A stretch of 64,000 nucleotides of DNA. Source: Paracoccaceae bacterium. Its GTDB lineage: Bacteria > Pseudomonadota > Alphaproteobacteria > Rhodobacterales > Rhodobacteraceae. Positions 1 to 9,257 of the stretch are shown here, one piece after another. A program made the translations under genes and the position numbers. The stretch is taken from contig REER01000073.1 of NCBI GenBank assembly GCA_007694945.1, positions 70,364 through 134,363 on the forward strand, in the 5' to 3' direction. Position 1 is the stretch's first letter. Each line of letters opens with the position of its first letter. The notes under the pieces were generated by a model that did not search any database, was not told the DNA's origin, and saw nothing but the letters and a program-made list of their open reading frames with translations.

Positions 1-534
1 GACCCAGTGGGCAATCATGGCGACGGCGAGGGCGAGCAGCAAGCCGAGCGCTAGCCCGGTCCGACCGACAAAGAGCGCCCCTGCGGCCAGGCTGGCGAGG
101 ACAAAGACGGGTGGGGTCGACCAATGGTGCCAGCGCGGGACGGCGCGTATTTGCGTGTAGATCATCGCTGTCGCGACGACCGTGGCGAGAGCGAGCGCGG
201 CGCCCAGCCAGCCGAAGACGGGCATGGGCGCCGCGGCGAAGACAGAGCCCGCCGCATGAGGCGCCATCACAGCGAGAGTCGCGGTGGCCAGCACGGCCTC
301 GCGCGAGAGCCAACTCGAGCGCCATTGCGTGAAGGCGAGAAGCGCGCGTTCGGGATGGCCAAGATGGAAGGCGGAGGCCAGAAGCCCGGCGCCGGCCAAT
401 GCGTAACCCATTCCGAACACGAGGAAAGCCGCGACGCCCGTGGGAGCGCGCAGACCGATACCCAGCCAGACAAGCAGACCGAAACCTGCACCCGACAGGA
501 CAGTGAAGAGAATGAGCGACGGCGCCGGGTGCAT
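1..534 (-). CDS. DmsC-type membrane anchor subunit of the molybdoenzyme (partial; 3' end lies outside the window)
   Basis: The minus-strand frame is open from the ATG at 534 to the window edge. The translation MHPAPSLILFTVLSGAGFGLLVWLGIGL...HLGHPERALLAF... is polytopic and hydrophobic. It starts 4 nt after the stop of the FeS subunit. It is absent from the ORF track because its stop is outside the window. Confidence 0.6.
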   Translation of the reverse strand, partial: MHPAPSLILFTVLSGAGFGLLVWLGIGLRAPTGVAAFLVFGMGYALAGAGLLASAFHLGHPERALLAFTQWRSSWLSREAVLATATLAVMAPHAAGSVFAAAPMPVFGWLGAALALATVVATAMIYTQIRAVPRWHHWSTPPVFVLASLAAGALFVGRTGLALGLLLALAVAMIAHWV

Positions 535-537
535 CGG

Positions 538-1281
538 TCAGAGCCGCTCCAGTGCGCGGTCGAGCCAGCCGAGAAAACCGGTTGCGGCTTCGGGGGCGGA
601 GTCGCAGAGGCTGGCAAGATCGGGGGTCGTGAGCGTGTCGCGCGGGCGCGGGGGGAGATATTTGTTGACGGGGGCTGTGCCTTGCTCGGGCATCAGGTCC
701 ATCCCGCCGCGCGCGGCGACGAGTTGCGAGACGGCGCTTTCGGGATCGGCGAGGTCTCCGAAATGGCGTGCACCTGCTGGGCAGGTGCGCACGCAGGCGG
801 GCTCACGATCCTCTTCGGGAAGATTCTCGTTATAGATGCGGTCCACGCAGAGGGTGCATTTCTTCATTACCTTCTCGACGCCGTCCATCTCGCGCGCACC
901 GTAGGGGCAGGCCCATGCGCAGAGGCCGCAGCCGATGCAGGCGCTCTCATTGACCAGGACGATACCATCTTCGGCACGTTTGTAGCTTGCTCCTGTGGGG
1001 CAAACAGTGACGCAGGGGGCGTTGTCGCAATGCAGGCAGGATTTCGGGAAATGGACGACCATCGGTGGGGCTGTGTCGCGCTTGACCTCAAAGCTGTGGA
1101 CGCGGTTGAGGAAGGTGCCCTCGGGTTCGGCACCATAGGCGTCCATATCCGAGAGCGGCGCGCCGTAGTTTTCGGTGTTCCAGCCCTTGCAGGAGATCAC
1201 GCAGGCATGGCAGCCGACACAGGTGTCGAGGTCGATGACGAGCCCGAGTTTGGTTCTGGTTGATTGGGGCAGGGTGGTCAT
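538..1281 (-). CDS. 4Fe-4S ferredoxin-type electron-transfer subunit (DmsB/PsrB-like) of a Mo-bisPGD oxidoreductase
   Basis: Track ORF 538..1308. It has four Cys groups (CVGCHACVISC, CLHCDNAPCVTVCP, CIGCGLCAWACP, CTLC...CVRTCP). I moved the start to the ATG giving MTTLPQSTRTKLGLVIDLD, because 1308 is a TTG. Confidence 0.85.
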   Translation of the reverse strand: MTTLPQSTRTKLGLVIDLDTCVGCHACVISCKGWNTENYGAPLSDMDAYGAEPEGTFLNRVHSFEVKRDTAPPMVVHFPKSCLHCDNAPCVTVCPTGASYKRAEDGIVLVNESACIGCGLCAWACPYGAREMDGVEKVMKKCTLCVDRIYNENLPEEDREPACVRTCPAGARHFGDLADPESAVSQLVAARGGMDLMPEQGTAPVNKYLPPRPRDTLTTPDLASLCDSAPEAATGFLGWLDRALERL

Positions 1282-1353
1282 GGGGTGCGTTGTTTCTGCC
1301 GGGGACAAGGCCGCGCAATTGAACGAGTATTTTTGGCAAGATGAAGCAGCATG

Positions 1354-4161
1354 TCAGGGCTTTTTCTGATGGGTGAGGTTGCGTGGGGGTGCAGGGACGG
1401 GGGAGTGTTGCGGGGCGGGATCGGGGTAGCTGACGCTCTGGCCAGCCGGGGCTTTCTCGATGCGCACGCGGAGATCATACCAGGCGGCTTGTCCCGTAAT
1501 CGGGTCGGAATTGGCCCAGCGCAGACCGTCGCCTTTGGCGGGCAGAAGCTCGTGGATCAGGTGGTTAAGCAGCGTGCTCTTGGTGGCCTCGGGAGCGTTC
1601 GTGTCCAGCGCCCAGGCGCCACGGCGTTTGGCGACGGCGTTCCAGGTCCAGACTGTGTCGGGGTTGAGAGCGTCCATGCGCACCACAGGCAGAGTAACGC
1701 GGCCATGGGGAGAGGTCAGGGTGGCCCAGTCCCCCTTGGTGAAGCCGTGTTCGGTCCAGATATCGCCCGAGACATAGAGGGGGGTGTGGCCGTGGATCTG
1801 ACGCAGCCAGGCGTTCTGGCTGCCCCATGAGTGGTAATGGGCCATCGGGCGCTGTGTCAGGGCGTGGAGGGGGAAGGCGTCCGCCTCGGGCTCGGAGAAG
1901 GGTGGATACCAGCGGGGCAGGGGGTCCATGCTCTCGATCAGGCGGGTGCGCAGATGGTCGGGGGGCTGGAGGGGCCCGTGGCCTTCGGCGGCGCGCTGGA
2001 ACTTGCGCAGTGGCTCCAGATAAAGATTGAAGAGATAAGGTTGGGGTTTGTCATAGAGCCCGCGCGCAACGGCCCAGTCCTGGTAGGCGGCGTTCCAGGG
2101 CTTGAAGAAATGGGCATCCTCGGGGATATGATCGATCCAGAATCCGCCGTTTTCGATATAGCGGGTGATCTGTTCGGGGTTGGGGGCACCGCGACCCTTG
2201 CCCTCACCGTTCCCGCGAAAGCCTGCGAGCGGACCAATACCGGGGCGGCGTTCATGGTGGGTGATATAATCGGCATAGTCGCGATAGGTCGGCGTGCCAT
2301 CTTCCTGCACCATGCCCGGCAGGCCAAGGCGGTGGCCAAGATCGAGTAGCATGGACTGGAAGGGGCGCACGTCGCGGTCGGGCGCGACCACGGGCCAGCG
2401 GATGGAGTCGGCCAGTGCCTCGGCCTCGCAGATGGGACGGTCTAGCAGCGAAATGCAGTCATGGCGTTCGAGATAGGTGGTGTCGGGCAGGATCAGATCG
2501 GCGAAGGCCACCATTTCGGAGCTGTAGGCATCGGCATAGATAATGCGGGGGATGCAGTAGCTGCCGTCCTCATTCTGGTCGGTCAGCATCTGCATGACTT
2601 GAGAGGTGTTCATCGACGAGTTCCACGCCATGTTCGCCATGTAGAGAAACAGCGTGTCGATCTCATACGGGTCGCCCGCATGGGCGTTCGAGATCACCAT
2701 ATGCATCAGGCCATGGGCAGAGAGTGGGGCTTCCCATGAGAACGCCTTGTCGATGCGCTTCGGCGTGCCGTCTTCGTGGATCAGCAAATGTTCCGGCCCC
2801 AGTGGGTAGCCCAGATGCGGGCCGTCGAGGGGCTTGTCGGTAGCGTGGCGCGCATGGGGGCGGGGGTGGGCCTCGGGCGGTTTGGGGTAGGGCGGCTTGA
2901 AGCGGAAACCGCCGGGGGTCTCAACACTGCCGATCAGGATTTGCAGCAGATGCAGCGCGCGGCAGGTCTGGAAACCATTGGAATGGGCCGAGATGCCGCG
3001 CATGGCGTGCATGGCGACCGGGCGTCCGGTCATCGTCTCGTGACGCAACCCGCGGAAGTCGGTCCAGGGCTGATTGAGGGTGATCTCCTCCTCGAACGCC
3101 ACGCGGGCGATTTCGGCGGCGATTACGCGGATTTGCGCAGGGGTGACGCCGCATTTTTCGGCCACGGATTCGGGGGCGTATTCGGGCGCCAGATACCGGT
3201 CGGCCAGGTGGCGGAAGACGGGCAAATGGGTGGCTCCGTCGCGCTCCATCCCATGCGCGAGGTCGGGCGCGATGCCCGCGCTGTCCCAGGCCACTGCCTG
3301 CCCGGTCTTGCGGTCGCGCACCAGCGGCTTGCCATCGGCATCGCGCAGGAACAGCCCCGTCCCGGCGTCCACGAGGTAAGGCGCATTCGTGTACCGGATC
3401 AGGTAGTCCAGATCGACCTTGCCGGCCTTGAGCAACTCATGCACCAGCGACAGGATGAACAGGCCGTCCGTGCCCGGCGTGATGCCGACCCAGTCGTCGG
3501 CAATCGCGTTGTAACCCGACCGGATCGGGTTCACGCCGATCACCCGTGCACCGCGCGCCTTGAGCTTGCCCAGGCCCATCTTGATCGGGTTGGAGTCGTG
3601 ATCTTCAGCCACGCCGAATAGCAACAAGAGCTTCGTGCGCTCCCAGTCGGGCTGGCCGAACTCCCAGAAGGACCCACCCATGGTGTAGATGCCCGCAGCC
3701 GCCATATTGACCGAGCAGAAGCCCCCATGCGCGGCCCAGTTCGGGGTGCCGAAGGCTTGCGCCCACCAGCCGGTGAAGCTCTGCGACTGGTCGCGCCCGG
3801 TGAAGAAAGCGAGTTTCTCGGGCGCGGTCTTGCGCAGGGGGCGGAGCCAGTCGATCGCGGTCTGGAGGGCCTCATCCCAGGTGATCTCGACAAACTCGCC
3901 TGACCCGCGCGGCCCCACGCGCTTGAGGGGCGCTCGCAGGCGGGCCGGGGAGAGGTGCTGCATGATGCCTGCCGAGCCCTTGGCGCAGAGCACGCCCCGA
4001 TTCACCGGATGGTCGCGATTGCCCTCAATATAGGCGACCTTGCCGTCCTTCATATGCACATTGATCCCGCAGCGGCAGGCGCACATGTAGCAGGTCGTCT
4101 TGCGGACCTCGTCGCTGACCTGTGGCGACAGGTTGAGCGCAGGCTGGCTCTGCATCCCCAT
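1354..4161 (-). CDS. Molybdopterin (bis-PGD) oxidoreductase catalytic subunit, DMSO-reductase superfamily, substrate unknown
   Basis: Track ORF 1354..4185 (943 aa). The N-terminal FS0 motif is C-x2-C-x3-C-x27-C (TCYMCACRCG...LCAKG). A GGGAGG Shine-Dalgarno lies just upstream of ATG 4161; ATG 4155 is an alternative start. No twin-arginine motif is present. Confidence 0.85.
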   Translation of the reverse strand: MGMQSQPALNLSPQVSDEVRKTTCYMCACRCGINVHMKDGKVAYIEGNRDHPVNRGVLCAKGSAGIMQHLSPARLRAPLKRVGPRGSGEFVEITWDEALQTAIDWLRPLRKTAPEKLAFFTGRDQSQSFTGWWAQAFGTPNWAAHGGFCSVNMAAAGIYTMGGSFWEFGQPDWERTKLLLLFGVAEDHDSNPIKMGLGKLKARGARVIGVNPIRSGYNAIADDWVGITPGTDGLFILSLVHELLKAGKVDLDYLIRYTNAPYLVDAGTGLFLRDADGKPLVRDRKTGQAVAWDSAGIAPDLAHGMERDGATHLPVFRHLADRYLAPEYAPESVAEKCGVTPAQIRVIAAEIARVAFEEEITLNQPWTDFRGLRHETMTGRPVAMHAMRGISAHSNGFQTCRALHLLQILIGSVETPGGFRFKPPYPKPPEAHPRPHARHATDKPLDGPHLGYPLGPEHLLIHEDGTPKRIDKAFSWEAPLSAHGLMHMVISNAHAGDPYEIDTLFLYMANMAWNSSMNTSQVMQMLTDQNEDGSYCIPRIIYADAYSSEMVAFADLILPDTTYLERHDCISLLDRPICEAEALADSIRWPVVAPDRDVRPFQSMLLDLGHRLGLPGMVQEDGTPTYRDYADYITHHERRPGIGPLAGFRGNGEGKGRGAPNPEQITRYIENGGFWIDHIPEDAHFFKPWNAAYQDWAVARGLYDKPQPYLFNLYLEPLRKFQRAAEGHGPLQPPDHLRTRLIESMDPLPRWYPPFSEPEADAFPLHALTQRPMAHYHSWGSQNAWLRQIHGHTPLYVSGDIWTEHGFTKGDWATLTSPHGRVTLPVVRMDALNPDTVWTWNAVAKRRGAWALDTNAPEATKSTLLNHLIHELLPAKGDGLRWANSDPITGQAAWYDLRVRIEKAPAGQSVSYPDPAPQHSPVPAPPRNLTHQKKP

Positions 4162-4412
4162 GATCCTCCCGGTCTTCGGTTCCACGGCAAGGGGCGGCAG
4201 CGGAACCCTGTTCCTGACATGAGTGCAGATTCAGGACAGGCTTGTCCAGAATTTCCTCGTCCCGATCATGCTCGCGACGATTAGCCTCCGCGCCGCCAAG
4301 AGGTGTAGCGTCCGGCGAGGATGAGCGCCCATGCCGGGAAGGAGGCTGCGCCAAAGGGCAGGCTCAGGAGCATGAACCAGGAATCATACCCAGGGTAACA
4401 GAGCGTGCGGGT

Positions 4413-5087
4413 TCATGCGATCCGGCGGAAAGTCGAGACGCCGGTAGAATTGTCGAAGAAGGGTACTGAGGGAGTCATTGCCTCGCCACGGACTGCGGCT
4501 TCGGCCTCGGCCAGTACGACCTCGGTTATGAAGGGCAGGTTCAGGCGGCGGGCCTCGGCCATCGGCACCCAATGCAGGTGGCTGAGTTCCTCGCAGGCGG
4601 CGGAGAAATCATCGAGATCGCCGATGACATGCGCGGCATCGGCAAGGAAGAACCGGGCATCGAACCGGCGCGGGCGGCCTGGGGGGGTGATGGCGCGGAA
4701 GATGAAGCGCAGTGCGCCCGCATCCGGGCACAACCCGCGCGCGGCAAAACCGCGCCAGTCCTCGGGCGCATCGGGCCAGTCGCCGGGCACGCCCAGCGGC
4801 AGACCGGTTTCCTCCCACAGCTCGCGGATGGCCGCAACGGCCAGCGCGTGGGGCGAAGCGTGGCCCCTGCCCAGCCGCGCCGCGCAATCTGGGTTGAGCG
4901 GTGTGGCCAGCGGGATAGTCGCATCGCCTGGATCAAGTGCTCCACCAGGAAAGACGAATTTCTCGGGCATGAATGCCGCCGACGCGCCGCGCTGGCCCAT
5001 CAATACCTGTGGCCCTTCAGGCGAGGGCCGCACCAGCAGGATCGAGGCCGCGTCGCGGATGGCGGTCTTGTCAGTGGTATCGCTCAT
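4413..5087 (-). CDS. NUDIX hydrolase
   Basis: Track ORF 4413..5243, trimmed to MSDTTDKTAIRDAASILLV. It has a Nudix-box-like segment GGALDPG...AAIRELWEETGL. The start overlaps the stop of the DUF983 gene. Confidence 0.7.
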   Translation of the reverse strand: MSDTTDKTAIRDAASILLVRPSPEGPQVLMGQRGASAAFMPEKFVFPGGALDPGDATIPLATPLNPDCAARLGRGHASPHALAVAAIRELWEETGLPLGVPGDWPDAPEDWRGFAARGLCPDAGALRFIFRAITPPGRPRRFDARFFLADAAHVIGDLDDFSAACEELSHLHWVPMAEARRLNLPFITEVVLAEAEAAVRGEAMTPSVPFFDNSTGVSTFRRIA

Positions 5088-5475
5088 TTTCTTCCCCGAA
5101 GCCGTGCATGCGGCGTGACCATTGGATGGCCACGATGATGCCCTTGAAGCGCGGCAGAAGAAAGAGCGATAGCGCGAGAAGCAGAGAGGCGAAGAGTGCA
5201 AAGACAAGCGCGGGGTGCGGCTCCCACCGATACATGGTCGCAACCATCAGCGGTGTGACGACCTTGAGCGTGACCAGCATGGTCATATAGGCAGGGCCAT
5301 CATCGGCGCGCTGGTGGCTGAGATCTTCGCCGCAGGACGGGCAGGTGTCATGTACCTTGAGATAACCGTCGAACATGGAAACCTGGCCGCAGGCGGGGCA
5401 TTTGCAGCGCAGGCCGCGCAAAAGAGCGGGCTTTAACGGGCGGTCATCAATCTCGGTGTGTTCGAGCGAATGCAT
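5071..5475 (-). CDS. DUF983 family membrane protein with a zinc-ribbon-like CxxC...CxxC motif
   Basis: Track ORF 5071..5541, trimmed to MHSLEHTEIDDRPLKPALLRGLRCKCPACG...CPSCGEDL, followed by two hydrophobic helices. Confidence 0.7.
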   Translation of the reverse strand: MHSLEHTEIDDRPLKPALLRGLRCKCPACGQVSMFDGYLKVHDTCPSCGEDLSHQRADDGPAYMTMLVTLKVVTPLMVATMYRWEPHPALVFALFASLLLALSLFLLPRFKGIIVAIQWSRRMHGFGEENERYH

Positions 5476-5642
5476 GGCAGGCCTCTGAGAAAAACATCGT
5501 CCTCCAATAAAGCTTTGCCGCCTCGAAAAACAGGGCGCCACAGGTTTTTGCGTCAGCTTGTCGCAAGACTTTGCCCAAGATGCGACGGAAACAGGCAGGC
5601 GCGGCGTTCTAGAGTCATGGAGCAGATACAGGAGATACAGAC

Positions 5643-6110
5643 ATGACGCGCAAACTTCCCAAGATTATTGGTGTTTTGGCACTGACCATGACGCCAGTGA
5701 CGGTTCTGGCACAGGGCATGGGCAACCTGCCCAGCTTCGAGACACTGGACCGTGACCAGAGCGGGGCGGTGACCTTCGAAGAGTTCACGGGCGCGTTCGA
5801 GGATATGCAGGGCGCATGGCAGGAGCAGGCCATCGCAAGGCTGATGGAACATGCCGATGATGAAGGCAAGCTGGACGAGGCCGCGCTGCGCGCGGGTATT
5901 GCCAACCTTCAGAGCGAGTGGAGCGGCAGTCGTGAAGACCGCAACCCTGAGCGGCGCGCGCAGATGCTCGAACGAATGTTCGACCGGATCGATGCCAATG
6001 ATGACGGGGAAATCAGCGCCAAGGAATATGTGGCCTTCACTGGGCATATGGCCAAACGGATGGAGCGTCGTGGTCCGCGCGAGGGCCGGAGCGGTGGCGG
6101 ACGCTGGTAA
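5643..6110 (+). CDS. Secreted EF-hand calcium-binding protein
   Basis: It has a signal peptide (MTRKLPKIIGVLALTMTPVTVLAQG) and two canonical 12-residue EF loops, DRDQSGAVTFEE and DANDDGEISAKE. Confidence 0.75.
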   Translation: MTRKLPKIIGVLALTMTPVTVLAQGMGNLPSFETLDRDQSGAVTFEEFTGAFEDMQGAWQEQAIARLMEHADDEGKLDEAALRAGIANLQSEWSGSREDRNPERRAQMLERMFDRIDANDDGEISAKEYVAFTGHMAKRMERRGPREGRSGGGRW

Positions 6111-6161
6111 TCCGACGTAAAGGAGCGGAAGTGAAAGACGGCAGGCCAGATCGGGAGCGCC

Positions 6162-6740
6162 ATGGGCCGCGAGACGACAGCACCGGCCGATCAGACGCAA
6201 CTCCTCGCCCGCTTTGCGAGCGGAGAGATGCGCGCGGCCGAGGCATTGACCGATCTGATCGCTCCGCGCCTGCTGCGCTACGCGGCCCGGATGCTCGGCG
6301 ATTCGGTCGAGGCCGAGGACATCGTGCAGGAAACCATGCTGCGGCTCTGGCGGATCGCGCCCGAATGGCAGGAAGGGCAGGCTCAGCCGATGACCTGGGC
6401 CTTCCGGGTGGCAGCGAATCTGTGCACCGACCGGCTGCGCCGACGGCGTGGCGGGGTGCCGGAGATGCCGGAACTTGCAGACGAAACCCCCGGCATGGAT
6501 GCGCGGATCATGACCCGCGCCCGGGCCGAGGCATTACAGGCCGCATTGATGTGCCTGCCCGAGCGGCAACGAGAGGCAGTGGTCTTGCGCCATCTGGAGG
6601 GGCTGTCGAACCCCGAGATTGCCGATATCATGATGGTGGGCGTCCAAGCGGTGGAAAGCCTTACCGCGCGCGGCAAGCGGCGGCTAGCGCATCTTCTGAG
6701 CGGGCATAGGGAGGAACTGGGGTATCACGATGAGCATTGA
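6162..6740 (+). CDS. ECF-type RNA polymerase sigma-70 family factor
   Basis: Region 2 (EDIVQETMLRLWR) and region 4 (LPERQREAVVLRHLEGLSNPEIADIM) signatures are present. The length of 192 aa is typical of ECF sigma factors. Confidence 0.85.
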   Translation: MGRETTAPADQTQLLARFASGEMRAAEALTDLIAPRLLRYAARMLGDSVEAEDIVQETMLRLWRIAPEWQEGQAQPMTWAFRVAANLCTDRLRRRRGGVPEMPELADETPGMDARIMTRARAEALQAALMCLPERQREAVVLRHLEGLSNPEIADIMMVGVQAVESLTARGKRRLAHLLSGHREELGYHDEH

Positions 6741-7083
6741 GCGGGACGAGATGAAGGAACTTGAGAATTTTCTGAGTGCCGCGCGACAGGAAGCCCCCGG
6801 ACTTCGCGCAGGTTTGCGGGGCCGCATCTTGGCAGATGCGTTGGAGGCGCGCCAACCGCAGTCAGAGGCGCCGCTTATGGTGCGGTTCTCGGGTTGGTTT
6901 TACGGCTGGGCGCTTCCGGGTACAGTCGGTGGCGCAGTAGCGGCGCTAGTCGGCTTCTGGGTCGGGTTCGCCGCGCCGATGCCGCCAGATACTCCGTTCT
7001 GGATGTTCGACACGCTGGCCCATCTGGACAGTTTCATGCTGCCTCTGGGCGGCGTGATTGATCCCCTTGTGATGGGATTCTGA
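6730..7083 (+). CDS. Putative membrane anti-sigma factor (hypothetical)
   Basis: It overlaps the sigma gene by 11 nt. It has a short cytoplasmic N-terminus and then a Gly/Ala-rich transmembrane segment (WALPGTVGGAVAALVGFWVGFAA). The call rests on position only. Confidence 0.45.
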   Translation: MSIERDEMKELENFLSAARQEAPGLRAGLRGRILADALEARQPQSEAPLMVRFSGWFYGWALPGTVGGAVAALVGFWVGFAAPMPPDTPFWMFDTLAHLDSFMLPLGGVIDPLVMGF

Positions 7084-7086
7084 CCC

Positions 7087-7560
7087 ATGGACAGTAACAA
7101 ACCGCGTCGTCAATTTCCTTGGCTCAAGCTCGCTCTGACCGTATCAATGGTGCTTAATCTGGCGCTGGTGGGGTTGCTGGCCGGGCTTATCAATCGTGTC
7201 GGGCATAGCGGATCGGCGCTGCGCAGCGCTGTGGCGGCGTTGCCGGTCGAAGACCGGCGCGCGTTGCGTCGCGAGACCGGGCAGATCTGGCGCGAGGCGC
7301 ACCATGGACAACAGCGTGCACATACCAGCGCGCGTCTGGTTGACGCGCTGAGAGCGGACGAATTCGACGCTGACGCTTTTGCCGAAGGGCTGCATGAAGC
7401 GCAGCAACGGTTGCTGCAGATCAGTGATGACATGCATGATCGATTGGTGGACCGGGTTTCGCGAATGTCGCTTGAGGAGCGCCTAGCCTATGCCGAGGGC
7501 TTGCAGGAGCAGATGCGGGTGCGGCGTTGGCGCGGCGGAAGCGTGGGTTCCGACCGGTAA
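7087..7560 (+). CDS. Periplasmic Spy/CpxP-like protein (annotated as heavy-metal sensor type)
   Basis: It starts 4 nt after the previous gene. It has an N-terminal transmembrane or signal segment and then a charged helical region rich in R, E, A and Q. Confidence 0.5.
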   Translation: MDSNKPRRQFPWLKLALTVSMVLNLALVGLLAGLINRVGHSGSALRSAVAALPVEDRRALRRETGQIWREAHHGQQRAHTSARLVDALRADEFDADAFAEGLHEAQQRLLQISDDMHDRLVDRVSRMSLEERLAYAEGLQEQMRVRRWRGGSVGSDR

Positions 7561-7744
7561 CCGCCGCATGCACGAAGCCTCCGGTGCTGGAGGACCTCTA
7601 CAGGCGCTGCCTCTGGCCTTCGTCTTTCTGCGTATTCTCCCCAAACCGGAAGGCCGAGCATTCCGGCGATGAAGTGATTGCCCTTGATGCGCAGAACAGG
7701 AGAGTGCCAAGCGCGACACTCTGGCCAGACGTTCCCTACAATGC

Positions 7745-9169
7745 TCAGACCACGGAGCGCGCGCCAGTGAGGACGTGGTCAACGGCCATAGGAGTAACGG
7801 TGCGAAAGGCAATCCGGTTGCGGCCCGCGCGCTTGGCGCGCCGCAACGCCTGATCGGCGGCATCTATCAGCCTGTGCGCCACATCGTCACCGCGGCTGGA
7901 AGGTCGCTTCGACTGAACCGAGACACCGATAGAGGCCGTGATCTTCAGTGACTCACCCCTGCTGCGAAGCGGATAGGGCGCCATTTCGATCTGTTCGCAG
8001 AGGCGTGCAGCGATCCTTCGCGCCTCCGCAGCCCCAGTCCGAGGCAGGATCAGCAGGAATTCCTCACCGCCATAACGGGCGAGAAGATCGTCTTCGCGCA
8101 ATTTCGCGCGCATCCGCCGCGTGACCTCGACCAACACTTCATCGCCCGCAATATGGCCAAAATCATCATTGACCCGCTTGAAGAAATCGAGATCGATCAT
8201 CAGCAATGCAAAGGGTAACTCATTGTCGTGTGACATGAATTCCACCATATCACGCAGATGCGACAGTGCGCGTCGCCGGTTATAGAGTCCGGTCAGCGGG
8301 TCGCGAGAGGCGAGATCGAGCTCGGCACCGAGGGCTTGGCGTAGCCCGTCAGCCTGCGACTTGCGTGCTGCGATCATGTCGAGTCGCAGGCGCATTTCCT
8401 CTTGGTCGAGTGGGCTGCGGAGCACGTCTGTCGCGCCGAGATCAAGCGCCATCGCACCAAGCGAGTCTTTCCCCGGCGGTAGGAGCACGACAATCGGTAT
8501 ACGCCTTGTCTCATTGCGAGAGCACAGTTCAGTCAGCGGATCGAGGCCGTTGAGTTGCGTTATTTCCGGCGCCAGAAGGAATATATCGGGCAATTGGTGC
8601 CGGCCGCTCAGCCCCAGTGCCTGGGGCAGTGACATTGTGACATCATGCAATCTTGGCTCCGCGTCGAGAGCGTAGCCTCTCCTGCCGACAGCACTGCAGA
8701 CATGCGCTATACGGAGTTTGCCTGCGAAGCGACCCTGCGTCTCATTCAAGGCGTGACGCATCACCGGGGCTGCCTGTTCGCGCAACTCGTGCAAGATTGC
8801 ATTGCGGCGCAACACGGCGCGCACGCGTGCCATCAAGAGAGTCTCATCCAGGGGTTTCGTCAGCACATCTTCAGCACCGGCGCGAAGCGCGGCGAGGCGG
8901 GTCTCGCGGGATGTGTCTGAAGTGATCAGGATGATGGGAATGTCGCGGGTGCGCGGATCGCTTCGCAGAGTTTCGCATAACCCGGTGCCGGTGGCATCGG
9001 GCAAGTGATTATCCATGAGGATGAGATCCGGCAGATGCGCCCGCGCAAGCGCGAGCGCTGCTTCACCATCAGCCGCCAAGACGGAATTGTAGCAGGCAGA
9101 GGAAAGTTTTGCGCGCAAAATCATGCGGCTGAGCGAGAGATCATCGACAATGAGGATCTGCCCTGGCAT
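7745..9169 (-). CDS. pleD: PleD-type response regulator diguanylate cyclase (REC-REC-GGDEF)
   Basis: The N-terminal REC reads ILIVDD...LILMDNHLPD. A second receiver-like domain follows. The C-terminal GGDEF domain carries RYGGEEFLLILP. Confidence 0.85.
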   Translation of the reverse strand: MPGQILIVDDLSLSRMILRAKLSSACYNSVLAADGEAALALARAHLPDLILMDNHLPDATGTGLCETLRSDPRTRDIPIILITSDTSRETRLAALRAGAEDVLTKPLDETLLMARVRAVLRRNAILHELREQAAPVMRHALNETQGRFAGKLRIAHVCSAVGRRGYALDAEPRLHDVTMSLPQALGLSGRHQLPDIFLLAPEITQLNGLDPLTELCSRNETRRIPIVVLLPPGKDSLGAMALDLGATDVLRSPLDQEEMRLRLDMIAARKSQADGLRQALGAELDLASRDPLTGLYNRRRALSHLRDMVEFMSHDNELPFALLMIDLDFFKRVNDDFGHIAGDEVLVEVTRRMRAKLREDDLLARYGGEEFLLILPRTGAAEARRIAARLCEQIEMAPYPLRSRGESLKITASIGVSVQSKRPSSRGDDVAHRLIDAADQALRRAKRAGRNRIAFRTVTPMAVDHVLTGARSVV

Positions 9170-9257
9170 CTATTTTATCCCTTGAGAAAAAGTAATATAA
9201 ATAATCTGTACCGGAAACTGGTTAACAAACTCTTTAACCTTTCCAAGAGGAGCGGGA

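Noticed and set aside
4281-4373. A 30-codon hydrophobic ORF (MLLSLPFGAASFPAWALILAGRYTSWRRGG) on the minus strand upstream of the molybdoenzyme operon.
   Set aside because: It has no Shine-Dalgarno sequence, it is very short, and such ORFs arise by chance in G+C-rich DNA. It is worth checking only if Ribo-seq data exist.
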